From an uncultured Chloroflexota bacterium (lineage in GTDB: Bacteria; Chloroflexota; Limnocylindria; Limnocylindrales; CSP1-4), in assembly GCA_947085195.1 (NCBI GenBank), contig CAMTVM010000026.1, positions 627 to 64,626 of the forward strand: DNA of 64,000 bases. The letters are read 5' to 3'. The notes under the pieces are model-generated. The model ran no database searches. It saw only the letters and a program-made list of their open reading frames with translations, and was not told where the DNA came from. Made by a program: the position numbers and the translations under genes. Shown piece by piece: positions 1-9,635 of the stretch (the first letter of the stretch is position 1; every line of letters begins with the position of its first letter).

Positions 1-1
1 C

Positions 2-400
2 ACGGACTGGCTCGCTCCCAACGAGCACGAGTTCGCGCTCATCGGGGGCGGGACGCTCGCGGGCGACACGGCGGCGGAGGACGCGCTGATCTCCGCGCTG
101 TCCTCGAGGCTGGGCGTCTCGCTGGTGGTCACGCTGGGCGAGCGCGGCGCCGTGGTACGGCCGTTGGGCGGATCGCCCTCGCGGGTTCCGGCACCGGTCG
201 TGCGCGCCGTGGACACCACGGGCGCGGGCGATGCCTTCGTCGGGGCGTTCGCCGTCGGGCTGGCGCTGGGCCGGTCAGCGGTGGATGCGGCGCGGCTGGG
301 CTGCGCGTTCGCGGCGGACAGCGTCACGCGCCCGGGGACCCAGTCCTCGTTCGCGGACCGAAACGGCGCTGCGGCGCTTCTGGCGGGCGCGGCGGCCTGA
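2..400 (+). CDS. PfkB-family carbohydrate kinase (ribokinase-like), C-terminal part; 5' end outside window
   Basis: Frame of ORF 125..400 stays open back to base 2. It contains the PfkB signature VDTTGAGDAFVGAF near the C-terminus. Confidence 0.7.
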   Translation, partial: TDWLAPNEHEFALIGGGTLAGDTAAEDALISALSSRLGVSLVVTLGERGAVVRPLGGSPSRVPAPVVRAVDTTGAGDAFVGAFAVGLALGRSAVDAARLGCAFAADSVTRPGTQSSFADRNGAAALLAGAAA

Positions 401-473
401 CGGCCCGGTCGGCCATAGGGAGCGCCGGCGTTCCACGTTTGACCCCGGGCGCGCGGACCGGCAGGCTGGGACG

Positions 474-1748
474 GTGACACGGACGACGACGGTGACACGA
501 ACGACGCAGCGCTCGATCCCCGCGCGCTTGCTCGTTGCCCTCGTGCTGGCGGTCCTCCTGGGTACGGCGTGCAGCCCGACTCCACCGCCACCGCCCGCCG
601 CGACATCGCCCGAGGCGCCCGCGAACCTTGACGGCACCGGCCCCGGTGGTACCGCCTTGCCTCCCCCGGCTCCCGGTCGCGAGCTCTACGGCTACCTCCC
701 GTACTGGGAGATGGACGCCACGATTGCCGATCACCTGCGCACGACCCCGCTTACGACGCTCGGGCTGTTCAGCGTGACGGACACCGCGGGGGGTGGCCTC
801 GACACCCGGCGGACCGGGTACAAGCGCATCACCGGCGAGCCCGGGACCCGGATCATCCGCGAGGCTCGCGAGCGCGCTGTCCGCGTGGAGTTGGTGTTCA
901 CGAGCTTCGGCACAGCCCGCAACCGGGCGTTGTTCGCCGACGAGACCCGCCAGGACGCGACGATCGCCGCGCTGGTCGCGCTGGCCGGGGACCTGGGGTT
1001 GGACGGGATCAACGTGGACATCGAGGGGCTCGACCCGTTGTCGGTCGTCGACTACGGAGCCTTCGTCGGGCGACTCCGCGCGGCGGTGGTCGCAGTCGAT
1101 GCCCGCGACCGGGTCACCGTGGCGACCCAGGCCAACGTGCTCGGCGCGGCGATGGCTGCGGCCGCCGTGGCGGCGGGTGCGGACCGGGCATTCCTGATGG
1201 GCTATGACTACCGGGTGGCGGGCTCCTCGCCCGGCGCCACATCGCCCCTGGACCGCCGGGACGGGGACCGGGACCTGGCCTGGTCGATAGAGCTGTACGC
1301 GGCGGCCGCCGTCCCGCCGCAGCGGATCCTGTTGGGCCTCGCGCTGTACGGGATGACCTGGCCCGTGGTGGGACCCGTGGTGGGGGCGCCGGAGACGGGG
1401 AGGGGCGAGGCGTGGATCCCGCGCAGGAACCGGGACCTGTTGCTGGACGCGGCAATCGTCCCGCTGCGCGACGGACAGGAGCAGGTGGAGTTGTACCTGT
1501 TCGGCTCCGACGGCACGGTGGGCCCGCCGTCCCCGGGTGGATCGTCACCGGCGAACGACCGGACGTGGACCGCGGTGTACGTGGACTCTCCGGCGACCCT
1601 CGCGCCCAAGCTGGACCTGGCCAACGGGAACGGCTTCGCCGGGGCCGGGTTCTGGGCGATCGGGTACGAGCGCGGCCTGCCGGGCTACACGAAGCTGATG
1701 CAACGGTTCGTGGCGGGCGAGCCCCTCTCGACGGCAGCCGGCGGCTGA
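474..1748 (+). CDS. Lipoprotein, glycoside hydrolase family 18-like
   Basis: Tail of ORF 231..1748. GTG at 474 (or 492) precedes a signal peptide with lipobox LLGTAC. GH18-type motifs: LYGYLPYWE, GLDGINVDIEG, GFWAIGYE. The upstream part of the ORF overlaps the kinase gene and is Arg/Pro-rich. Confidence 0.6.
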   Translation: MTRTTTVTRTTQRSIPARLLVALVLAVLLGTACSPTPPPPPAATSPEAPANLDGTGPGGTALPPPAPGRELYGYLPYWEMDATIADHLRTTPLTTLGLFSVTDTAGGGLDTRRTGYKRITGEPGTRIIREARERAVRVELVFTSFGTARNRALFADETRQDATIAALVALAGDLGLDGINVDIEGLDPLSVVDYGAFVGRLRAAVVAVDARDRVTVATQANVLGAAMAAAAVAAGADRAFLMGYDYRVAGSSPGATSPLDRRDGDRDLAWSIELYAAAAVPPQRILLGLALYGMTWPVVGPVVGAPETGRGEAWIPRRNRDLLLDAAIVPLRDGQEQVELYLFGSDGTVGPPSPGGSSPANDRTWTAVYVDSPATLAPKLDLANGNGFAGAGFWAIGYERGLPGYTKLMQRFVAGEPLSTAAGG

Positions 1749-1865
1749 ACGTGGCGAGGGGAACCACCGGGCGCCCTGTCCCGTCTCGGCTGTGACGCTC
1801 GCGGCCCCGGGCGCGCCCGGACGAACGCCCGCACCATCCTCGGACCATCAACTTCGAACGCCAAG

Positions 1866-2663
1866 GTGACCGACATGCGCCTGCTACCCATCCTGACCGC
1901 CACCCTGGCGGCCGCCCTCGCTCTCGCCGCCTGCGGAGGCTCCGCCGCCTCGCCGTCCTCGTCACCTGCGCCCAGTGCCGACCCGCCCCCCGCCCTCGAC
2001 GGCCGGACGTTCCTCTCCACGGCCAGCACGGGCCACAGCCTGGTCGCGGGCTCACAGGTCCGGCTCTCGTTCCAGGGAGGCACGCTCGCCATGAACGCGG
2101 GGTGCAACTCGATGGGCGGCGCCTACCAGATCGTGGACGGCCGCCTGGTGACGGGCCAGATGAGCATGACCGAGATGGCGTGCGCCGAGCCGCTGATGGC
2201 CCAGGACCAGTGGATCTCCGCATTCGTCTCCGGGGCGGGGATCACGCTTGACGGCGACACCCTCACCCTGGACAAGGACGGGGTCACCCTCACCCTGGTG
2301 GATCGCGAGGTGGTGAACCCGGACCGGCCGCTGCTGGGCACCCGGTGGGTCGTGGACAGCGTGGTCGCGGGTGACACCGTCGGCACCCTTCCGGTCGGCG
2401 TCATCGCGGCGCTCACCTTCGCGGACGGCGCGGTGGCGGTCGAGCCCGGCTGCAACCGCGGCAGCGGCCAGGCCGCGGTGTCGGGCGGGACGATCACCTT
2501 CGGGCCGATCGCCATGACCAAGATGGCCTGCGCGGAGCCGGCGATGTCCGTGGAGGCCGCCGTCACGGCGGTGCTCGCGGGCGAGGTGGCCTACCAGATC
2601 GAGGCGGATACCCTGACGCTGACGGCAATCGGCAAGGGACTGATCCTGCGCGCCATGCCATGA
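1866..2663 (+). CDS. META-domain (HslJ-like) lipoprotein, two META repeats
   Basis: N-terminal lipoprotein signal LALAACGGS. Two repeats carry GCNSMGG / GCNRGSG and MTEMAC / MTKMAC motifs typical of META domains. Confidence 0.65.
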   Translation: MTDMRLLPILTATLAAALALAACGGSAASPSSSPAPSADPPPALDGRTFLSTASTGHSLVAGSQVRLSFQGGTLAMNAGCNSMGGAYQIVDGRLVTGQMSMTEMACAEPLMAQDQWISAFVSGAGITLDGDTLTLDKDGVTLTLVDREVVNPDRPLLGTRWVVDSVVAGDTVGTLPVGVIAALTFADGAVAVEPGCNRGSGQAAVSGGTITFGPIAMTKMACAEPAMSVEAAVTAVLAGEVAYQIEADTLTLTAIGKGLILRAMP

Positions 2664-2670
2664 TCCACGC

Positions 2671-4500
2671 ATGGACGCGCAGCCGCCCGTCGGGGCACAC
2701 GCTGGGGCACCGGGCGTGGGGCCGCCCGGTGTCGGCGATCTTGCGCGCCGGGCTCGCAACCTCGGCGGCATCCCGTGGCGTCGCCTGTTCGCCTATCTCC
2801 GTCCCCACCTTCGGCCGTTCTTCGTCGCCCTGGCCGGGCTGGTGCTCGGGTCCGGTCTCGCGCTCCTCGTGCCGCTGGTCGTCGCCGGGCTCGTCTCGGC
2901 GGTCGTGGTGGGGGGCGATGCGGCGGGCCTCGACCGGCTGATCGGCGGGCTGGTAGTCCTGTTCGTGGCCCAGGCGCTGGGCGGCTTCGTCCAGGGCTAC
3001 TTCCTTGGCGTGGTGGGGGAGCGCATGGTTGCACGCCTCCGCGGCGAGTTGTTCGAGCGCCTCGTCACCCTGTCGCTCGACTTCCACGGCGGCCATCGCG
3101 TCGGGGAGCTGATCTCCCGGCTCTCCAGCGACGTGACCCTCATCCGGACGATGCTCACCCAGACGACGACGACCCTGCTCTCGTCGCTCATCGGCCTCGT
3201 CGGAGCCGTGGTCATCCTGTTCATCCTGAGCCCGACGCTCCTCGCGGTCGTCCTCGTGCTCGCACCGGTCCTGATCGCCGTCGCGATCGTCTTCGGGCGC
3301 CCGCTCCAGCGCGTCAGCACCGAGGTCCAGGACGCCATCGCCAAGAGCACCGTCACCGCCGAGGAGGCGCTGTCCGGGATCCGCGTGGTGGAGAGCTACG
3401 TCCGCGAGGCCTTCGAGGTGGACCGGTACGGCAGGGACCTGGCAGGCGTGGTGGGCGCGGGCACGCGGCTGGCGCTGTGGCGGGCCGGTTTTGGTGCCGT
3501 GATGGGGTTCCTGGGGTTCTGCGCGGTCGCGGTGCTGCTCTGGTACACCGGGCACCAGGTGATCGATGGCACCCTGGGGATCGGGACTCTGACCGGGTTC
3601 CTGCTCTACGGCATCACGATCGGAGCCAGCCTGGCAACCATCGCCAGCCTCTACGGGCAGTTCCGGGAGGGGACGGGCGCGGTGACCCGGGTGTTCGAGC
3701 TCATCGACCTGCGTCCGACGATCGTCGATGCTCCGGACGCGGTTGCGATCGGCCGGGTGGACGGGCGGATCGAGCTGGACGCGGTCACCTTCGCCTACGA
3801 CGGGGCGAAGCCAGTCCTTACGGATGTCAGCCTGCGCATCGCGCCAGGCGAGGTCCTGGCGCTGGTCGGTCCCTCGGGCGCCGGCAAGACGACGCTGCTC
3901 GGGCTTCTTCCGCGCCTGTGGGACACGACCACGGGCGCCATCCGCATCGACGGCCGCGACGTGCGCGAGGTGACCAGCGCCAGCCTGCGCGAGCGTATCG
4001 GCCTCGTGCCCCAGGAGGCGGTCCTGTTCGGCGGCTCGGTCCGTGACAACATCCGGTACGGTCGCCTTGAGGCCACCGAGCAGGACATCGTGGGAGCGGC
4101 TCGCTCGGCCAACGCGCACGAGTTCATCACCGCGCTCCCGGACGGCTACGACACCCTGGTGGGGGACCGCGGGTCCCGCCTGTCGGGAGGCCAGCGGCAG
4201 CGGATCTCGATCGCCCGCGCGATCCTCAAGGACCCTCCGATCCTGCTCCTGGACGAGGCCACGAGCTCCCTCGACAACGAGTCGGAGCGCCTGGTCCAGG
4301 AGGCCCTCGATCGCCTCAAGGTCGGGCGCACCACGATCATCGTCGCGCACCGCCTGTCCACCATCCGGTTGGCCCACAGGATCGCCGTCCTGGACGACGG
4401 CTGGCTGGTTGAGCTGGGAACGCACGAGGAGCTGCTGGCGCGCGACGGCCTGTACGCCCGCCTGTACCGGCTGCAGTTCGCCGAGGCCGTGCGCGCCTGA
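2671..4500 (+). CDS. ABC exporter, fused permease/ATPase (MsbA/multidrug type)
   Basis: 609 aa. Six-TM N-terminal half, then Walker A GPSGAGKTT, ABC signature LSGGQRQR and Walker B ILLLDEATS. Confidence 0.85.
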   Translation: MDAQPPVGAHAGAPGVGPPGVGDLARRARNLGGIPWRRLFAYLRPHLRPFFVALAGLVLGSGLALLVPLVVAGLVSAVVVGGDAAGLDRLIGGLVVLFVAQALGGFVQGYFLGVVGERMVARLRGELFERLVTLSLDFHGGHRVGELISRLSSDVTLIRTMLTQTTTTLLSSLIGLVGAVVILFILSPTLLAVVLVLAPVLIAVAIVFGRPLQRVSTEVQDAIAKSTVTAEEALSGIRVVESYVREAFEVDRYGRDLAGVVGAGTRLALWRAGFGAVMGFLGFCAVAVLLWYTGHQVIDGTLGIGTLTGFLLYGITIGASLATIASLYGQFREGTGAVTRVFELIDLRPTIVDAPDAVAIGRVDGRIELDAVTFAYDGAKPVLTDVSLRIAPGEVLALVGPSGAGKTTLLGLLPRLWDTTTGAIRIDGRDVREVTSASLRERIGLVPQEAVLFGGSVRDNIRYGRLEATEQDIVGAARSANAHEFITALPDGYDTLVGDRGSRLSGGQRQRISIARAILKDPPILLLDEATSSLDNESERLVQEALDRLKVGRTTIIVAHRLSTIRLAHRIAVLDDGWLVELGTHEELLARDGLYARLYRLQFAEAVRA

Positions 4501-4542
4501 TCCCCCGCGCGGCCTGATCCACCGTCCGGCGGGTGGCTGGCG

Positions 4543-6438
4543 CTAGCGCCGGCGGCCGACCTCGATCACGCCGTTCCAGAGTACGTAATGCGAGACGAAG
4601 GTGTCCCGGCGGATCACCGTGCCCCCCGCGTTGCGCACCACCCTGGTCACCGACACGTCCATCGCGTTGGACGGGTACTCCGTCTGTTCCCGGACGCCGG
4701 GCGGCAGCGTGTCGACGATCACCTCCTTCGTGATCGCCTTGCGGACGTTCGTGACCACCGGCCGCCCGATCGCCACCGTGCGACCGTCGGAGACGCCCCA
4801 GATCTCGTAGGTCACGTAGCCGCGCCCGCCCGCGCCGCGGGTCCGGATCCCCCGGATGTAGACCGGGTGCTTCGTGTCGTTGGTGAACGACGTCGTCTGC
4901 ACGCTTCGGCCAATGATCGAGACCGTGGCATCGAGGCCCAGCGGATAGCGGTTGATGTAGTACCTGTGCTGGGCCCGGGCGTTGATCATGAGGCCCGCGC
5001 GGAGCGCCGCGTTGAACAACGTCGTCGAGCTGGAGCACATGCCGCCGCCGAGGGCACCGGTGGGATCCGTGTAGCTGCCCCGGATGATGCCGCCGGGCCC
5101 GAACCCGCGAGCGCTGCTCACCGGACCGATTCCGCTCCACCACTCGAAGCGCTGGCCAGGCTTGAGCACGGTGCCGTGGATGATCTGCGCAGGTCGCCAG
5201 ATGTTCGCGCCGAAGTAGTTCCTGTCGTTGATCGGGAACCAGGTGGTCCAGGTCCCGAGCTTCGTCATCAGCGGCGCCGTCCTGCCGGCATCCTCGGTCG
5301 TGAGCCTGGGCGGGACCTTGGCGTTGGCGACCCGAACCGGGGTGAAGATGCGGCCGTCGGCGCGACTCGCGAGCTCGGCAGCGATCCTCGCGGCCGTGCG
5401 CTCCACGTCCAGCCTTCGCCCGTCCTTCCCGGCGACGGCCCCGATGACCTTCCCGCTCCGGTCCTTGAGGAACGTCGCCGACACCGGCTTGCGCAGGACG
5501 GCCTTCGCCACGTCATCGAGGGTTCCGGTGATCTGCGAGGTGTCGACGACCGTCGAGAAGGAGCCGTCGGGCCGGCTCTCGAAGCGCACCCAGCTGCGGA
5601 CAGTCGCCGCGCCGATGGTCCAGGTCTTGTTGCCCCATACGATGACGATGTCGCCGACGATGCGTTCCGCTTGCAACCTCGCGAGCTCGACCGCGGTGTC
5701 GTCGTGCTGCGGCCGGACGGCGACCGCCTCGACCGGCACCACGACCTCGACTGGCGCGTCCATGGCCCGCACGGCCGCCAGCGCCGCGGCCAGCACCGGG
5801 CCTGCGTCCGCAGTCCGCCCCGGTGCCGCGGGCGTCGTGACCGGGCCGTCGGGCGTCATCAGGATGGTGGAATCGACCGGCGACCGCTCCAGGGTCTGCA
5901 GGGCCGCCGTGACCGCCGCGGTCAGCGCGGCTGCATCCAGGTCGAGCCTCGGCGCGATCGTGGTTCCCTGGAGGGCCTGGCGGACCTCGCCGATGGCGCG
6001 CTCGATGACGCCGCCAACGCGGCCCGCTCGCAACGCCTCGTCAGCCAGGGAATCGGCGTCCACGCGCCGGTCGAAGTCGGCAAAGGAGATCGCGATGTCG
6101 CCGTCCGGCGTGCGCAGCACGAGGCGGCCTGTGTCGAAGGGGAACGCCGTAGCCAGGGTCTTGGCGGCGCCCGGGCGGTCGAGCCCGGAGAGGTCCACGC
6201 TCCCGACATGGACACCGGGCAGGACTCGTCCGTCATAGCCGGCGTCCCACGCCGCGACTCCTGCCCCGGAGACCGCGACCACGGCCCCGAGGCCCAGGAC
6301 AAAGGCTGCGGTGAACACGCGGCGGTGCGGACGGCGGGTCTGGGGCACCGGCGGGTCGGTTTCGGGCGACAGCACGGAGTCACCGGTTTCGGGCGGCGCA
6401 GCAGGGCTCGATCCGATGACGTCCATGATTCGCAGCAT
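4543..6438 (-). CDS. VanW-family protein with N-terminal membrane anchor
   Basis: ORF 4543..6519. VanW core GGGMCSSSTTLFNAALRAGL...YPLGLDATV. Start set at MLRIMD (6438); MDVIG (6426) is also possible. Confidence 0.75.
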   Translation of the reverse strand: MLRIMDVIGSSPAAPPETGDSVLSPETDPPVPQTRRPHRRVFTAAFVLGLGAVVAVSGAGVAAWDAGYDGRVLPGVHVGSVDLSGLDRPGAAKTLATAFPFDTGRLVLRTPDGDIAISFADFDRRVDADSLADEALRAGRVGGVIERAIGEVRQALQGTTIAPRLDLDAAALTAAVTAALQTLERSPVDSTILMTPDGPVTTPAAPGRTADAGPVLAAALAAVRAMDAPVEVVVPVEAVAVRPQHDDTAVELARLQAERIVGDIVIVWGNKTWTIGAATVRSWVRFESRPDGSFSTVVDTSQITGTLDDVAKAVLRKPVSATFLKDRSGKVIGAVAGKDGRRLDVERTAARIAAELASRADGRIFTPVRVANAKVPPRLTTEDAGRTAPLMTKLGTWTTWFPINDRNYFGANIWRPAQIIHGTVLKPGQRFEWWSGIGPVSSARGFGPGGIIRGSYTDPTGALGGGMCSSSTTLFNAALRAGLMINARAQHRYYINRYPLGLDATVSIIGRSVQTTSFTNDTKHPVYIRGIRTRGAGGRGYVTYEIWGVSDGRTVAIGRPVVTNVRKAITKEVIVDTLPPGVREQTEYPSNAMDVSVTRVVRNAGGTVIRRDTFVSHYVLWNGVIEVGRRR

Positions 6439-6578
6439 AGCGGTCCGGCGGGCGAAGGCGCGGCGTGCTGCACGGGGACGGTGAGGCATGCGGACACACA
6501 GGGCATCATGGTCGTGCATCCTGTTCGAGCCGCGGCTCGACGACGACCGAGAGAGAGGACAACCGAGAGAGGGCGGAC

Positions 6579-6977
6579 ATGGCGGACTTCGAGCGGAGCA
6601 CGACCGTCGGCGTCGGCGCGGACAGCGCGTTCGCCTTCTTCGCGGATCCGCAGCACTTGCCGGAATACGTGACCACGATGCGACTCGAGGAAACGACGGT
6701 GGTCGACGGCGACCTGGAGGCCGGAGCCGAGGCCGAGACGCACGCCCGGAACCACGCCGGCGAGGCGCGCTTCTTCGCCGACAGGACTGCGCGCCGCGTC
6801 GAGTGGGGCCTTCCGGGTGGCGATTACGCGGGCTCGATCACGGTAGCGGCCGGGACGGCCAGCACGTCCGCGGTCACGATCCGGCTCCATATCGGCGACG
6901 ATGCCGCCACCGCCGAGGTCGACAAGGCCCTCGACCAGGCGGTCCGGAACATCGGGCGGCTGCTGTCCGGGCGCTGA
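6579..6977 (+). CDS. SRPBCC-superfamily (polyketide cyclase/dehydrase-like) small protein
   Basis: ATG at 6579 in ORF 6465..6977. N-terminus MADFERSTTVGVGADSAFAFFADPQHLPEYV is typical of SRPBCC proteins. Confidence 0.55.
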   Translation: MADFERSTTVGVGADSAFAFFADPQHLPEYVTTMRLEETTVVDGDLEAGAEAETHARNHAGEARFFADRTARRVEWGLPGGDYAGSITVAAGTASTSAVTIRLHIGDDAATAEVDKALDQAVRNIGRLLSGR

Positions 6978-7033
6978 CCGGTCCTCGCGACCGCTGGCCG
7001 CTCTTCCGGCCCCGACCAGCGGTCCCAGAGCAC

Positions 7034-8044
7034 ATGGAGGACGACATGGTCTCGATCTCGTTCGGTGGTGGCGGCTTCGGGTTCACGAGGTACCAGGGCC
7101 ACTGCCCGGAGCCCTTCGATGCGGCGAACGGCCCGCGTCTTGCCGGTGGCGAGGGCTCGCACCCACTCCACGGCATCGGGGCCGAGGATCTCCTGCGCCG
7201 CTCGTCCGGCAAGGTGGACGGGGAGTTCGTCCTGGACGGTCCGGTCCGGGTGGGGGAGGGGATCGAGGGGACCCTGCGCCTGGTGGTCCGGGAGGCGATC
7301 TCGGCACGGAAGGCCGCCCTGCGCCTGGTGGGACTGCGCCTTGTCGAGGAGCGGAAGAGCGTCACCCACGACACCGGCAACAACACCAGCCGTACCGAGA
7401 ACTGGGTGGAGGCCAACGGAAGCCTGTTCGTCGAGGACGCCTTCATGACCCCGGTCATCCCGGCAGTCCTGGCTGCCGGCCAGGCGTTCGAGACGCGGTT
7501 CCAGGTCCCGGCCCCGCGCCTGGGTCCGCCGAGCGCCCATCTTGGCGAGGCGATCGTCGCGTGGGCCCTGGAAGCGCGCTGGGACATCGCCATGGGCGAT
7601 GACGCGTTCGTGGCGATCCTCCTGCCCGTCGCCCAGCACCCGGACCTCATCCGGGCCGGCGTGGGCAGGCAGGGCGGCTTGGCCCTGCTGGGCAGCGTGG
7701 ACGTGAATGGCGCGACGCTGTCCGTCACGACGCCGCTGCCGGCGGCTCCTGGCTCCGCGCTCGGGATCCGTGCCGCGTGGCCCGGGGCTCCCAGCGGACC
7801 GGCACGAATCGAGCTGCACCGTCGCACGAACGCGCCCAACGGCGCCGAGAGCATCGTGGCCGTCGCCACCAGCGGCTCGGACGCCCTCCGGGCCGGCACC
7901 GCGGAGGTCACCCTCGCCCTCCCGTCCGGCATCGCCCCCTCGTTCGACGGCGCCGGCCTCGAGATCACCTACGTCATCAGGGTCCTCGTCGACCGGCGGT
8001 TCATGCCGGACGCCGCCATCGAACGTCCGGTCGCGGTGGCCTAG
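7034..8044 (+). CDS. Hypothetical protein, possible arrestin/Spo0M-like double beta-sandwich
   Basis: ATG at 7034 in ORF 6488..8044. Beta-rich sequence with two halves ending in patterns like GEGIEGTLRLVV and PSFDGAGLEITYVIRVLVD. The fold assignment is inference only. Confidence 0.4.
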   Translation: MEDDMVSISFGGGGFGFTRYQGHCPEPFDAANGPRLAGGEGSHPLHGIGAEDLLRRSSGKVDGEFVLDGPVRVGEGIEGTLRLVVREAISARKAALRLVGLRLVEERKSVTHDTGNNTSRTENWVEANGSLFVEDAFMTPVIPAVLAAGQAFETRFQVPAPRLGPPSAHLGEAIVAWALEARWDIAMGDDAFVAILLPVAQHPDLIRAGVGRQGGLALLGSVDVNGATLSVTTPLPAAPGSALGIRAAWPGAPSGPARIELHRRTNAPNGAESIVAVATSGSDALRAGTAEVTLALPSGIAPSFDGAGLEITYVIRVLVDRRFMPDAAIERPVAVA

Positions 8045-8048
8045 AGGC

Positions 8049-9239
8049 TCAGGACGCGAGCTCCTGGTGGAGCTGCTCGATCGCCCATTCGAGGTCAGCG
8101 CGCTCGATGACCAGCGGCGGCGCCAGCCGGATCGTCGCGCCATGGGTGTCCTTGGCGAGCACCCCCCGCCGCATCAGCCCCTCGCACACCTCGCGCCCCG
8201 TCCGGCCCACCACGTCGATCCCCGCCCACAGCCCGCGTGAGCGGACCGCCGAGATGCGATCGCGCGGCAGGGCGTCGAGGAGATCCCGAAGGACGGCCCC
8301 CAGCTCGCGGGCGCGCGCCTGGAATTCGCCGGTCTCGAGCATCCTCACGACCTCGATCCCGACCGCGCACGCGAGCGGGTTGCCGCCAAAGGTGCTGCCG
8401 TGCTCGCCCGGACGAAAGACCGCCATCACCTCGGCCCTGGCCACGACCGCCGAGACCGGCAGGATCCCGCCTCCCAGGGCCTTGCCCAGGATGTACGCGT
8501 CCGGCAGCACGCCCTCGTGGTCGCAGGCGAACGTCGCACCCGATCGGCCGAGGCCCGACTGGATCTCATCCGCGAGCATCAGCACGCGGTTCTCGGTGCA
8601 CTGCCGCCGGACGTCGCGGAGGAACCCGTCGGGCGGGATGATCACACCCGCCTCGCCCTGGATCGGCTCGAGCAGGACCGCGACCGTGTCCTCGTCCATC
8701 GCCTCGGCAAGGGCCGCGGCATCGCCGTAGGGAACCCTCACGAACCCCGGCGTGAACGGGCCGAAGCCGGCGCGCGCGACGGGGTCGTCCGAGAAGCTCA
8801 CGATCGTGATCGTGCGCCCGTGGAAGCCGCCGCCGAAGACGATGATCCGGGCCCTGTCCTCGGGCACGCCCTTCACCTCGTAGCCCCATTTGCGGGCCAT
8901 CTTGAGCGCGGTCTCGACCGCCTCGGCCCCCGTGTTCATCGGCAGGATCATGTCCATGCCGCACAGCGCTGAGAGCTCTGCCGCGAACGTCCCCAACAGG
9001 TCGTTGTGGAACGCACGGCTGGTGAGCGTGAGACGCCCCAGCTGCCGTTCCGCCGCCGCGACGAGGCGCGGATGGCGGTGCCCGAAGTTGAGCGCGCTAT
9101 AGCCGGCGAGCAGGTCGAGGTACCGGCGTCCGTCGGCATCCTCCACCCAGGCGCCTTCGCCGCGGGAGAGGACGACCGGCAGCGGGTGGTAGTTGTGGGC
9201 CGCGTGTGCCTCGACCTCAGTGATCGTCTGTGCCGTCAT
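8049..9239 (-). CDS. rocD: Ornithine--oxo-acid aminotransferase (class III PLP aminotransferase)
   Basis: MTAQTITEVEAHAAHNYHPLPVVLSRGEGAWVEDADGRRYLD... is the typical RocD N-terminus. ATG at 9239; the upstream 101 codons of ORF 8049..9542 look non-coding. Confidence 0.85.
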   Translation of the reverse strand: MTAQTITEVEAHAAHNYHPLPVVLSRGEGAWVEDADGRRYLDLLAGYSALNFGHRHPRLVAAAERQLGRLTLTSRAFHNDLLGTFAAELSALCGMDMILPMNTGAEAVETALKMARKWGYEVKGVPEDRARIIVFGGGFHGRTITIVSFSDDPVARAGFGPFTPGFVRVPYGDAAALAEAMDEDTVAVLLEPIQGEAGVIIPPDGFLRDVRRQCTENRVLMLADEIQSGLGRSGATFACDHEGVLPDAYILGKALGGGILPVSAVVARAEVMAVFRPGEHGSTFGGNPLACAVGIEVVRMLETGEFQARARELGAVLRDLLDALPRDRISAVRSRGLWAGIDVVGRTGREVCEGLMRRGVLAKDTHGATIRLAPPLVIERADLEWAIEQLHQELAS

Positions 9240-9378
9240 AGATCTCCGTCCTAAATCAGGCCCGAATGCGTGCTCCCAGGATGGTCGCACGAAGACCGCG
9301 GTTGCGGGGCCCGGCGCGGGAGTAACCTGACGCTGTCGACCCGAGTGGTCGCGCAACTGGTTGGAAGGAGCCACGGAC

Positions 9379-9585
9379 ATGTCGTCGGTCGGCCGAGTCA
9401 CGGAGATCACCAGCCGCTCGGAGACGAGCTTCGAGGACGCAATCCGGGTGGGAATCGAGCGCGCGAGCAAGACGCTCCGCGGGGTCAAGGGCGCCTGGGT
9501 CAAGGAGCAGCAGGTGGAGGTCGAGGGCGGCAAGATCGTCAACTACCGCGTCAACATGCTGGTGACGTTCGTCCTCGACGATTAG
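9379..9585 (+). CDS. Dodecin-family flavin-binding protein
   Basis: 68 aa. SSVGRVTEITSRSETSFEDAIRVGIERASKTLRGVKGAWVKEQ... matches the dodecin pattern. Confidence 0.75.
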   Translation: MSSVGRVTEITSRSETSFEDAIRVGIERASKTLRGVKGAWVKEQQVEVEGGKIVNYRVNMLVTFVLDD

Positions 9586-9635
9586 CGGCTACCGCGTCCC
9601 ACGGCCTCGCGGGCCGAGACGGACGACTGCCCAAC

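Noticed and set aside
474-509. 18-nt tandem repeat GGTGACACGGACGACGAC / GGTGACACGAACGACGCA at the GH18 gene start.
   Set aside because: It is a short in-frame duplication giving VTRTTT-VTRTT before the signal peptide. It only adds uncertainty about the start codon and does not look like a functional element.
1114-2223. Long ORFs antisense to or out of frame with clear genes. Examples: 1114..2223 -, 2563..4425 -, 14764..15465 -, 32245..33888 -, 36027..37859 -, 43300..44493 -, 46078..48441 +, 48892..51627 +.
   Set aside because: Their translations are Arg/Pro/Gly/Ala-rich low-complexity strings typical of stop-poor alternative frames in ~70% GC DNA. Each fully overlaps a gene with strong family motifs.
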